Assembly (NCBI RefSeq): GCF_004006395.2
Contig: NZ_CP029758.2
Location: forward strand, 136,615-168,614
From: Clostridium sp. AWRP
GTDB taxonomy: Bacteria > Bacillota > Clostridia > Clostridiales > Clostridiaceae
Length of the DNA stretch: 32,000 nucleotides
Direction: 5' to 3'
Positions 17,400 to 24,895 of the stretch are shown in pieces (position 1 is the stretch's first letter; the number at the start of each line of letters is the position of its first letter). A program made the translations under genes and the position numbers. Below the pieces are notes generated by a model. That model was not told the origin of the DNA, made no database searches, and saw only the letters and a list, made by a program, of their open reading frames with translations.

Positions 17400-18440
17400 A
17401 TGGTGGAAAAGTTTAAGACTTACTTGAAAAAATATTTTCCAATTGGCCTTAGAGTAGAAATTATTGCAGTTGTAATTTTATCTGTTTTAATCGGAGTAGT
17501 ATTTAGTACAAGAAAGACAATAGTTGTTTCAGTAGATGGAAGAAGCAAGAAGATTACCACGTTTTGTAGTACCTATAGAAAAGTTCTGGATAATAGTGGA
17601 ATTAGCATAGGGCCTAAGGATAAAGTGAAGCCTAGTCTAGACAGTAGGGTGGAGAATAACACCACGTTGAAAATCAAAAGAGTAGTAAAAATCAAAGTAG
17701 AAGCTGACAATAAAAAGTTGAATTTAGAGTCTGCCGAGGATAATGTTGAAGATATGTTAAAGGCAGAAAAGATAGGAATTTCAAAACTTGATATAGTATA
17801 TCCATCCAGAAAGCATGAATTGAAAAAAGGAATGAATGTAGTAGTGACTAGGGTTAAAACAAAAGACATAAAAGAGGACAGACCTATAAACTATGACACA
17901 ATTTTGAAAAGTGACGAGCAGGTTGAAAATGGAACTAAAAAGGTTGTGCAAGAAGGACAAAATGGAGAGAAGGAGACTGTGACTAGGGTTGTATACCAAA
18001 ATGGTAAAGAGGTTTCGAAAAAAGTAATTAGCGAAATCATAAAAAAGCAGCCGGTACAGAAAGTCATAGCCATAGGAACATTGACCAATTATACTCCGTC
18101 TAGGGGAACTAATCTTAATTATGTTGAATCACTGCAAATGAGGGCAACTGCATATACTGCAGATTATGCCAGTACAGGTAAGAGTCCTGGAGATCCAGCG
18201 TTTGGTATAACTGCATCTGGCACTGTAGCCAGAAGAAATAATGGAGATTATAGTTCAGTAGCAGTTGATCCTAGAGTAATACCACTTGGTACGAAGCTTT
18301 ATATAGAAGGTTATGGTTATGCTATAGCAGAAGATACGGGTGGAGCTATCAAGGGAAATAGATTAGATTTATTTTTTGATTCTAGCTCAGAAGTAGACAA
18401 CTGGGGTGTAAGATGGGTTAATGTTTATGTAATTAGGTAG
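17400..18440 (+). CDS. yabE: YabE-like cell-wall protein (DUF348 repeats, G5 domain, C-terminal 3D/RlpA-like DPBB domain)
   Basis: N-terminal TM, a G5-like TRVVYQNGKEVSKKV, and C-terminal ATAYT...GITASGT...VAVDPRVIPLGTKLYIEGYGYAIAEDTGGAIKGNRLDLFF. Same position as B. subtilis yabE. ATG at 17400 behind AGGAGG. Confidence 0.85.
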   Translation: MVEKFKTYLKKYFPIGLRVEIIAVVILSVLIGVVFSTRKTIVVSVDGRSKKITTFCSTYRKVLDNSGISIGPKDKVKPSLDSRVENNTTLKIKRVVKIKVEADNKKLNLESAEDNVEDMLKAEKIGISKLDIVYPSRKHELKKGMNVVVTRVKTKDIKEDRPINYDTILKSDEQVENGTKKVVQEGQNGEKETVTRVVYQNGKEVSKKVISEIIKKQPVQKVIAIGTLTNYTPSRGTNLNYVESLQMRATAYTADYASTGKSPGDPAFGITASGTVARRNNGDYSSVAVDPRVIPLGTKLYIEGYGYAIAEDTGGAIKGNRLDLFFDSSSEVDNWGVRWVNVYVIR

Positions 18441-18461
18441 GAGCACATGCTCCTATTTTTT
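18438..18461 (+). terminator. Rho-independent terminator of yabE
   Basis: taggagc acat gctccta followed by TTTTTT. The stem includes the stop codon. Confidence 0.8.
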
Positions 18462-18517
18462 CTTTTAATTTTATAAGAATATTTTCGAGTATAAGTATAA
18501 GGTATCTATTATCTATA

Positions 18518-18684
18518 ATAAGGCATTTTTAAAGAAATAACTAGTCAGTATGCTAGCCTATTTTTTATCATACTGCGTCGGTAGAACCCTTAGATAGGAT
18601 TCACTATCTGCGGAACCTGCCTCCTTGTCTGATAAAAAATATTCGTCGCATCTTTGACTTGTTATTTTCTTTCAAATGCCTAAT
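18518..18684. repeat. About 165-nt imperfect palindrome / extended hairpin upstream of rnmV (element C)
   Basis: Outer arms ataaggcattt..aaagaaataac / gttattttctttcaaatgcctaat. Perfect 12-bp pair tattttttatca (18559-18570) / tgataaaaaata (18630-18641). Apical hairpin agatag-gattca-ctatct (18592-18609). GC-richer unpaired interior. Confidence 0.65.
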
Positions 18685-18710
18685 AGATTTAATAAAATAG
18701 GAGGACATTT

Positions 18711-19274
18711 ATGATTAAGGAAGTAATAGTGGTTGAAGGAAGAGATGATATAACTGCCGTTAAAAGGGCAGTTGATGCTCAACTTATAGCTGTAGGAGGT
18801 TTTGGAATAAATAAAAAGGTTATAGATAAAATAAAAGAAGCCCAAAAAAGACAGGGCGTTATAGTATTTACGGATCCAGATTTTGCAGGAAATAAAATAA
18901 GACAAATTATATCTAAAAGGGTAAAGGGAATAAAACATGCTTATATATCTCAGAAAGATGGTATAAAAAATGGAGATATTGGGGTTGAAAATGCGTCACC
19001 AGAAACTATAATAAAGGCTTTAAAAAATGCCAAGTATGAGGTAAAGAAAAAAAGAGAGGAATTTGAAATAAGTGATATGGTGTTCTTTGGGTTGACAGGA
19101 AAATCAAATTCCAAGGCGAAAAGGGACATGATGGGAAAAGAACTTGGAATAGGATATTGTAATACTTCTCAGTTTTTAAATAGATTAAATGATTATGGAA
19201 TAACAAAAGAGGAATTTAAAGAAGCTATAAGTAAAGTAAATAATATAATAGACAAGGAGAAGCACAATGAATGA
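18711..19274 (+). CDS. rnmV: Ribonuclease M5 (Toprim domain, 5S rRNA maturase)
   Basis: [14 protein letters not shown] and [13 protein letters not shown] Toprim motifs. Position upstream of rsmA as in Bacillus. Confidence 0.9.
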   Translation: MIKEVIVVEGRDDITAVKRAVDAQLIAVGGFGINKKVIDKIKEAQKRQGVIVFTDPDFAGNKIRQIISKRVKGIKHAYISQKDGIKNGDIGVENASPETIIKALKNAKYEVKKKREEFEISDMVFFGLTGKSNSKAKRDMMGKELGIGYCNTSQFLNRLNDYGITKEEFKEAISKVNNIIDKEKHNE

Positions 19275-20109
19275 TTTATCTACTGCAGATGTAGTGAAAA
19301 AATATGGATTTAAATTTTCAAAAAGTTTAGGACAAAATTTTTTAATGGATAATACAGTATTGGATGACATAGTAAATAGTGCTGACATAAGTAAGGAGGA
19401 TCTTATTATAGAAATAGGACCTGGAGTGGGAACTTTAACAAGAGAACTTTTAAAAAAGGCAGGTAAAGTATGTGCTATTGAATTGGATTCAGATTTAATC
19501 CCAATTTTAAAGGAAGAACTAAAGAATTTTAAAAATTTTGAGTTGATACATAAAGATGCACTTAAAATAGACTTTAATAAAATAATAGATGATGAAAAAA
19601 ATGTGAAAATTGTTGCAAATTTACCTTACTATGTTACAACTCCTATTATTACACGATTGTTGAATGGAAATTACAATTTTAAAACTCTTACTATAATGAT
19701 ACAAAAAGAAGTGGGTGAGAGGATCTCATCAGAACCTAATTGCAAACAATATGGAGCACTTTCGATTCTAGTGCAATATTATTGTGATGTTGAAGTAATA
19801 AGAAAAGTAAGTCCTCTATCATTTATTCCAAGACCGAAAGTAGAATCTATAGTTATAAAGTTAACCAAACTTGATGAACCTAGAGTTAAGGTGAAAGATG
19901 AAAAATTATTTTTTAAGGTAGTAAGGTGTTCATTTAATATGAGGAGAAAAACCCTTTGGAATGCTGTAAAGACTTTAAAAGTTCCTAAAGAAGATATGGA
20001 GGCTGCTTTTAAAAAAGCTGAAATTGATGAAAAGAGAAGGGGTGAAACCCTATCTATAGAAGAGTTTGGAAGATTATCTGATTGCATATATGATATGTGT
20101 ATACATTAA
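19267..20109 (+). CDS. rsmA: 16S rRNA (adenine1518/1519-N6)-dimethyltransferase
   Basis: [17 protein letters not shown] and [12 protein letters not shown] motifs. Overlaps the rnmV stop by 8 nt. Confidence 0.95.
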   Translation: MNDLSTADVVKKYGFKFSKSLGQNFLMDNTVLDDIVNSADISKEDLIIEIGPGVGTLTRELLKKAGKVCAIELDSDLIPILKEELKNFKNFELIHKDALKIDFNKIIDDEKNVKIVANLPYYVTTPIITRLLNGNYNFKTLTIMIQKEVGERISSEPNCKQYGALSILVQYYCDVEVIRKVSPLSFIPRPKVESIVIKLTKLDEPRVKVKDEKLFFKVVRCSFNMRRKTLWNAVKTLKVPKEDMEAAFKKAEIDEKRRGETLSIEEFGRLSDCIYDMCIH

Positions 20110-20150
20110 AATGCGACATGTTTTTGAAGATAAGTTAAAACTATTTGTTC

Positions 20151-20177
20151 ACTTTTTGAAAGTTATCTCATATATTA
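20151..20177 (+). promoter_or_regulatory. Possible sigma-K-type sporulation promoter
   Basis: AC (20151-20152), 16 nt, CATAtatTA (20169-20177) fits AC-N16/17-CATAnnnTA. This is an AT-rich context, so a chance match is plausible. Confidence 0.25.
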
Positions 20178-20207
20178 TAATGAATATAATATATGGAGGT
20201 ATAGAAG

Positions 20208-21521
20208 TTGGCACAAAAAAAGAGTTATAGTAGATATTTTATAATATTACAAGAAGATGAAAAAGGATACTCTTTAGCTTCTGACAAAATTGCTTCAGGA
20301 TATGCAAAGTTGGAGATGAAAAATGATAAGTGTAAAATATCTTATTATGTACAAAATTTAAAAAAAGAAAAAACACCCTATTACATGATGCTAATATGTA
20401 ATAAAAAAGATATAAAAAATATAATCAAAATTGGTGAAATGAACATAGATGATTATGGAAGGGCAGATATAAGCTATGAGTATGCTGCAAATGATGTGGC
20501 AGGAAGTGGCATAGCTATGGATAAGGTGTCAGGAGCTGCTATAGTAAGAATGGTGGATGATAACATAATATCTGTAATGAGCGGGTTCGCAAGCACGGAA
20601 ATACCTGAGTGGAAAGCATTTCCGGTATCTCAAAATAAAAGCAAAGAGTTAGAAGAAACCAAAGTAAGTGAAGTAAAAAAGTCAGAAAAAACTGAAGCAA
20701 AAAGTGTATTTGATCAGTATGAGGATATTATAGAGAAAGCTAAAGAACACAAAGAAGAAGTTAAAGAAAATATAGAAATGGAAGAAAAAGATTCTTATAG
20801 AGAAGAACAAGAAGAAGAAAAAGAAGAGCAAGAGGAATCTGAGGAAGTTAATGAATCGGAAAGTGAAGAAGAAAATAAAGAAATTCAAGTAGATACTGAA
20901 GTGATGGAAGAAGAGATTATCGAAGATAACTCAAAATCTAATGTTACAGAAAAAAATGAAGACAGAAACATAAATTCTAAAGAAGACAGAAATAATGATA
21001 GCTCAATATATGTGGATGAATCCCGACTACGATGCCATAAAAAGTTAAACTTGAATAGATGTCAGGGAGAATGTGAAAAAGATAATGTATCTAGAGGGTA
21101 TCCTAAAGGTCCAGAAGGGAAATTTTTTATGCAGCTTATGAGTGGCTTTAAGGAAGTAAAACACATCAATAAGGAATTAAAAAGGTGTGTATGGAATAAG
21201 GTACCTATAAGTTCTATGGATGACATGTATAATATTGCTGATTATAATAAATATTCTTATATATATTATCCTATGGTAGGGTATTATCCATATATAAAAA
21301 AATATAATTATTATTTAGCAGGGTATAAATGTGATAAAAATGGCAGGGTAAAATATTTGATATATGGAATTCCGGGAACTAAAAGCAGAACGGATCAGCC
21401 TTATGGAGGAAAATCTGGATTTGTTACATGGGTACCTCTAAAGGATAAAGACACGATGGGTCATTGGCTTATGTTTTATGACTTTAGAGCAAATACTATA
21501 GTAATACCTGTTAGAAAGTAG
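20208..21521 (+). CDS. Uncharacterised protein with a highly acidic E/K-rich linker and a Tyr-rich C-terminal domain
   Basis: TTG start 8 nt after GGAGG. The central segment reads EEQEEEKEEQEESEEVNESESEEENKE. The C-terminus reads YSYIYYPMVGYYPYIKKYNYYLAGYK. No family recognised. Confidence 0.7.
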   Translation: MAQKKSYSRYFIILQEDEKGYSLASDKIASGYAKLEMKNDKCKISYYVQNLKKEKTPYYMMLICNKKDIKNIIKIGEMNIDDYGRADISYEYAANDVAGSGIAMDKVSGAAIVRMVDDNIISVMSGFASTEIPEWKAFPVSQNKSKELEETKVSEVKKSEKTEAKSVFDQYEDIIEKAKEHKEEVKENIEMEEKDSYREEQEEEKEEQEESEEVNESESEEENKEIQVDTEVMEEEIIEDNSKSNVTEKNEDRNINSKEDRNNDSSIYVDESRLRCHKKLNLNRCQGECEKDNVSRGYPKGPEGKFFMQLMSGFKEVKHINKELKRCVWNKVPISSMDDMYNIADYNKYSYIYYPMVGYYPYIKKYNYYLAGYKCDKNGRVKYLIYGIPGTKSRTDQPYGGKSGFVTWVPLKDKDTMGHWLMFYDFRANTIVIPVRK

Positions 21522-21536
21522 TATTGGTTACTTATT

Positions 21537-22121
21537 ATGAAATTAATAGTGATAAATAAAAAAAAAATTGGCGTTACTATAATTATAATAGGACTTATGA
21601 TAGTGCTTTTAGGACTTGAAAAAAATTTTGATATGAGGCTAAAGTTTACAGCTCTTATTCAAAATAACATGGAATCTCTTACTCAATATAAAGGACTGGA
21701 AGGCAGGCTGCTATATAAGTTGCCAGCACGATGGATTTGTAGAAATCAGGACACATTTGGAGATGAAATATTATATCATAGTGATTTTAAGAGTGACGAT
21801 AACACCATAAATGGTTTTGTTGAAGTATGGAATTTAAAAGGTGACTTAAAATTATTTTTACAAAATAGCAGGAGTATATCCGAAAAACAAAATTTGTACA
21901 AAGAGTATTCTATAAAACAGATTTATATGAATGGTAGGAAAGGATATTTACTTAAGTATACAATTACAAAGGAAATCGGAGATAGTTATAAATGTATAGA
22001 ATACTTTACAGAAGAAGGAAAACAATTTTGCAGATTTTCTTTTTTTGTAAAAGAATCAAACTTCAAAGAAAATATGCCTACTATCTTTGAGGTTATTGTT
22101 AAAACTTTAGAATACAATTAG
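21537..22121 (+). CDS. Membrane-anchored uncharacterised protein
   Basis: N-terminal TM IGVTIIIIGLMIVLLGL. It starts 15 nt after the previous gene and is followed by a strong terminator. Confidence 0.65.
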   Translation: MKLIVINKKKIGVTIIIIGLMIVLLGLEKNFDMRLKFTALIQNNMESLTQYKGLEGRLLYKLPARWICRNQDTFGDEILYHSDFKSDDNTINGFVEVWNLKGDLKLFLQNSRSISEKQNLYKEYSIKQIYMNGRKGYLLKYTITKEIGDSYKCIEYFTEEGKQFCRFSFFVKESNFKENMPTIFEVIVKTLEYN

Positions 22122-22135
22122 AAAATATAAGATTT

Positions 22136-22173
22136 ATCCCCTTCAGGTTTATTATATGAAAGGGGATTTTTTT
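22136..22173 (+). terminator. Rho-independent terminator
   Basis: atcccctt (22136-22143) / aaggggat (22160-22167) followed by TTTTTT. Confidence 0.8.
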
Positions 22174-22310
22174 ATACTAATTATGGTATAATAATCATAG
22201 ATTTCATTAATATAGAAAGGGGTGAAAATCCTTTGCTGTAGATTAGAATACACTTGTAAATATAATTTTTGCATATTGAATCCTTAAAAATTCTACAGTG
22301 GGTGAAAACA

Positions 22311-23159
22311 TTGGATAAGACTATCAAAAGAAGATTAAATATATTTATAATATCCTGCATTTTAATACCTGTAACCTTATTGTGTGGATGTAGTAAATTG
22401 GATCAATTAAAAGTTAAAGCAGGTTTAAAAAATTCGGATTTTGAATATATGAAACAACAGGGAAAAGTTAAACAGATAATTATTCAAAATACAAGAGATC
22501 AGGGGTTTAAATTTGTAGTTACTGATCAAAGTACCATTAAAAATTTGTACGATATACTATCTTCTGCTAAAAAAGTATCAAAAAAATCATCATTGGATCC
22601 TGATTATGTATTCGAAATAGATGAAGGAAACAATAAAGTTCACAAGTTTAGTTATATAGCAGGACTTGATAAGAAAGATTCAGGAAATCTCTATAGCAAA
22701 GGTCAGGTATATATAGTATCAAATAGAATAGACAACGATATGATAAATAATTTTTGGAACACAAGGATGCCGCCAAGTGACTTTAAATCTGTGTACTATG
22801 GGTCCATAATGGATACGTTAAATAAATATTTTAGTGAAAAAGACAAAACTAAGAAAATAGGAATAAATTTAAAAGATGATATAGATGCCCAAAGATTTAT
22901 ACTTTCCACTGAACAAGAAGAATTTAAATCAGATCTTACTAGTAAATTTAAAAATGCAAATATTGGAAATAATGATGAAGATAATTATGATGTGTGGGTA
23001 ACAATAAAGACAGAAGGTTATAAATCTACATTGTATAAAATGACTGTTACATTTTTTGATAGACAAAATCAAAGTGAGAAGGTTTATTATGTACAGGATA
23101 CGTACAGTAGTGGTGGATGGAACAAGAGCATATCGGAAAATAAGCCTAATGGTTTTTAA
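22311..23159 (+). CDS. Putative lipoprotein, unknown function
   Basis: Lipobox-like VTLLCGC after a basic, hydrophobic N-region. The start is uncertain: TTG at 22311 or GTG at 22302. The track start at 22269 overlaps a TATAAT-like element. Confidence 0.65.
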   Translation: MDKTIKRRLNIFIISCILIPVTLLCGCSKLDQLKVKAGLKNSDFEYMKQQGKVKQIIIQNTRDQGFKFVVTDQSTIKNLYDILSSAKKVSKKSSLDPDYVFEIDEGNNKVHKFSYIAGLDKKDSGNLYSKGQVYIVSNRIDNDMINNFWNTRMPPSDFKSVYYGSIMDTLNKYFSEKDKTKKIGINLKDDIDAQRFILSTEQEEFKSDLTSKFKNANIGNNDEDNYDVWVTIKTEGYKSTLYKMTVTFFDRQNQSEKVYYVQDTYSSGGWNKSISENKPNGF

Positions 23160-23222
23160 AAATGTAGGAAATGTTGCTTAAAATTTAATGTGGATTAACT
23201 ACATAAAAGGAGGAGAAATGAT

Positions 23223-24071
23223 TTGAGTAATTGCGATGGTTGTTCAAGTAAATCAAAGTGCAGTAAAGAGGATAAAGGTGGATGCAAATACATATTGCCT
23301 AAGTATGGGAATATAAAGCATATAATAGGTATTATGAGTGGAAAAGGTGGAGTAGGTAAGTCTACAGTTACGGGAATATTGGCATCAAAATTGAGAAATT
23401 CTGGATATAAGGTGGGAGTACTTGATGGAGATATAACAGGTCCATCTATGCCTAGATTTTTTGGAATAAACGATAAAAGGGCTGATATACTACAAGTGGG
23501 GGAAAGTGAAGAAATAAAGTTTTCTCCAGTTGAATCTTCTTTAGGAATAAAAGTTATATCCTTAAATCTTTTGACAGAAGAGGAAGAGCAACCTGTTATA
23601 TGGAGAGCACCTATGATAACTGGAGTGTTAAAACAGATGTATTCGGATACAAGTTGGGGAGAATTAGATTATTTGCTTATAGATATGCCTCCAGGTACCG
23701 GAGATGTAGCTCTCACTGTGATGCAGGAAATTCCAATGGAAGGTGTTATAATAGTATCTACTCCTCAGGACATGGTATCTATGATAGTAAAAAAGGTTGT
23801 TATAATGGCAGAAGACCTAAAGGTAAATATATTAGGTGTAGTGGAGAATATGTCCTATGTTAAATGTGGAAAATGTGGTGAAAAAGTAAGGTTATTTAGT
23901 GAAAATTCAGCGAAAGAACAGGCTGATTATCTTGGATTAGAACTTCTTGCTGAAATGCCAATAAATTCTGACTTGGTAAAAAATATGGAAGCTAAAAAAG
24001 CAGAAGAATACATATCAAACTCATTGGAATATAATGATTTACTTAATAACTTTATAAAAAAATTAAAATAG
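23223..24071 (+). CDS. Mrp/ApbC/NBP35-family iron-sulfur cluster carrier ATPase
   Basis: Deviant Walker A GKGGVGKST, DMPPGTGD, CGKCGEK, and an N-terminal Cys-rich tail. TTG start after AGGAGG. Confidence 0.88.
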   Translation: MSNCDGCSSKSKCSKEDKGGCKYILPKYGNIKHIIGIMSGKGGVGKSTVTGILASKLRNSGYKVGVLDGDITGPSMPRFFGINDKRADILQVGESEEIKFSPVESSLGIKVISLNLLTEEEEQPVIWRAPMITGVLKQMYSDTSWGELDYLLIDMPPGTGDVALTVMQEIPMEGVIIVSTPQDMVSMIVKKVVIMAEDLKVNILGVVENMSYVKCGKCGEKVRLFSENSAKEQADYLGLELLAEMPINSDLVKNMEAKKAEEYISNSLEYNDLLNNFIKKLK

Positions 24072-24156
24072 AAATTAAATTATTATAATAAGCATTATTT
24101 TTGGGATAATATAAAGTGTACTTTAAAGTAACTAATTATATAGCGAGGAGTGAAAA

Positions 24157-24174
24157 CTTGTTATTAATAACAAG
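24157..24174. promoter_or_regulatory. Perfect 18-bp palindrome directly upstream of the ferredoxin start
   Basis: cttgttatt|aataacaag, with no mismatch and no spacer. It ends 8 nt before the ATG at 24183. Confidence 0.4.
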
Positions 24175-24182
24175 AAAATAGT

Positions 24183-24371
24183 ATGAAAGCTGTAGTTGAT
24201 AAAGACATTTGTATAGGATGTGGGTTATGTCCAAGTATATGTCCAGAGGCTTTTGAAATGGATGATAACGAAAAAGCTAAGGTAATTGAAGATACTGTTC
24301 CAGAAGATGCAGAGGATGGTGCGAAAGAAGCAGAGGAAAGTTGTCCTGTTTGTGCTATTAAGGTAAGTTAG
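24183..24371 (+). CDS. Small single-cluster [4Fe-4S]/[3Fe-4S]-type ferredoxin
   Basis: CIGCGLCPSICP plus a distal CPVCAI. 62 aa and acidic. Confidence 0.88.
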   Translation: MKAVVDKDICIGCGLCPSICPEAFEMDDNEKAKVIEDTVPEDAEDGAKEAEESCPVCAIKVS

Positions 24372-24376
24372 GAAAA

Positions 24377-24409
24377 AGGGTATTATGTAAAAAAATTACA
24401 TAATACCCT
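24377..24409. terminator. Bidirectional terminator hairpin
   Basis: agggtattatgtaa aaaaa ttacataataccct, a perfect 14-bp stem. TTTTCC follows on the minus strand. Confidence 0.75.
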
Positions 24410-24474
24410 AAGCTTTCAAAAACTATTTGTGATAAAAGTCTACCACAGTTTTTTATACAACATATCAATTAGTG

Positions 24475-24660
24475 TTAAAACAAAACTTGATGCTGCTTAT
24501 ACTTGTCATTTAATGTAACTTCAGATATGGGATGAATGTTTATTGTATCACCTATTCTAGAATCGGGTGGTAAATGAGTAGTCCCTACGCTAGCAGTAGT
24601 ACCATCCTGAAAACTTACAAGTGCGTCTGTAATATTCATATCAATTATTTTGCCTATCAT
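24475..24660 (-). CDS. Small protein (61 aa), possibly DUF3006-like
   Basis: AGGAGG lies 6 nt upstream of the ATG. The pattern IIDMNITDALVSFQDGTTASV...LPPDSRIGDTINI resembles DUF3006 as I recall it. Confidence 0.55.
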   Translation of the reverse strand: MIGKIIDMNITDALVSFQDGTTASVGTTHLPPDSRIGDTINIHPISEVTLNDKYKQHQVLF

Positions 24661-24822
24661 GAAAGTCCTCCTAAAGATAAGATTATATATGTTATTTTTA
24701 TCTGTATTTTTAAATATTATTCCTAGAAATTTTATCTTATAGGTATTTGATGTATTTCAATTAAAAAGTGTGCTTTATAGGTTTTTATAGGTTTAAAGTA
24801 AAAATAAAGCTCAATTTATAAA

Positions 24823-24851
24823 TTGCTTTTTTATATATGGCAAGGTATAAT
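24823..24851 (+). promoter_or_regulatory. Candidate sigma-A promoter of nrdDG
   Basis: TTGCTT (24823-24828), 17 nt, TATAAT (24846-24851). An AT-rich near-palindrome TACAATATATAGTA (24865-24878) sits just downstream and resembles an NrdR box. Confidence 0.5.
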
Positions 24852-24895
24852 AATCAAGTCGTTTATACAATATATAGTAGTTGGGAGGAAAGTAT

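Noticed and set aside
24157-24174. Rex (redox repressor) operator upstream of the ferredoxin gene
   Set aside because: The half-sites TTGTT/AACAA are present, but they are separated by 6 nt rather than the 8 nt of the TTGTTAAnnnnTTAACAA consensus. A canonical Rex site is therefore not supported.
24829-24880. NrdR operator upstream of nrdD
   Set aside because: One AT-rich near-palindrome (TACAATATATAGTA, 24865-24878) resembles an NrdR box. I could not find a convincing second box at the expected spacing of about 31-32 bp, and such sequences are common in this AT-rich DNA. It is left as a note on the promoter feature only.
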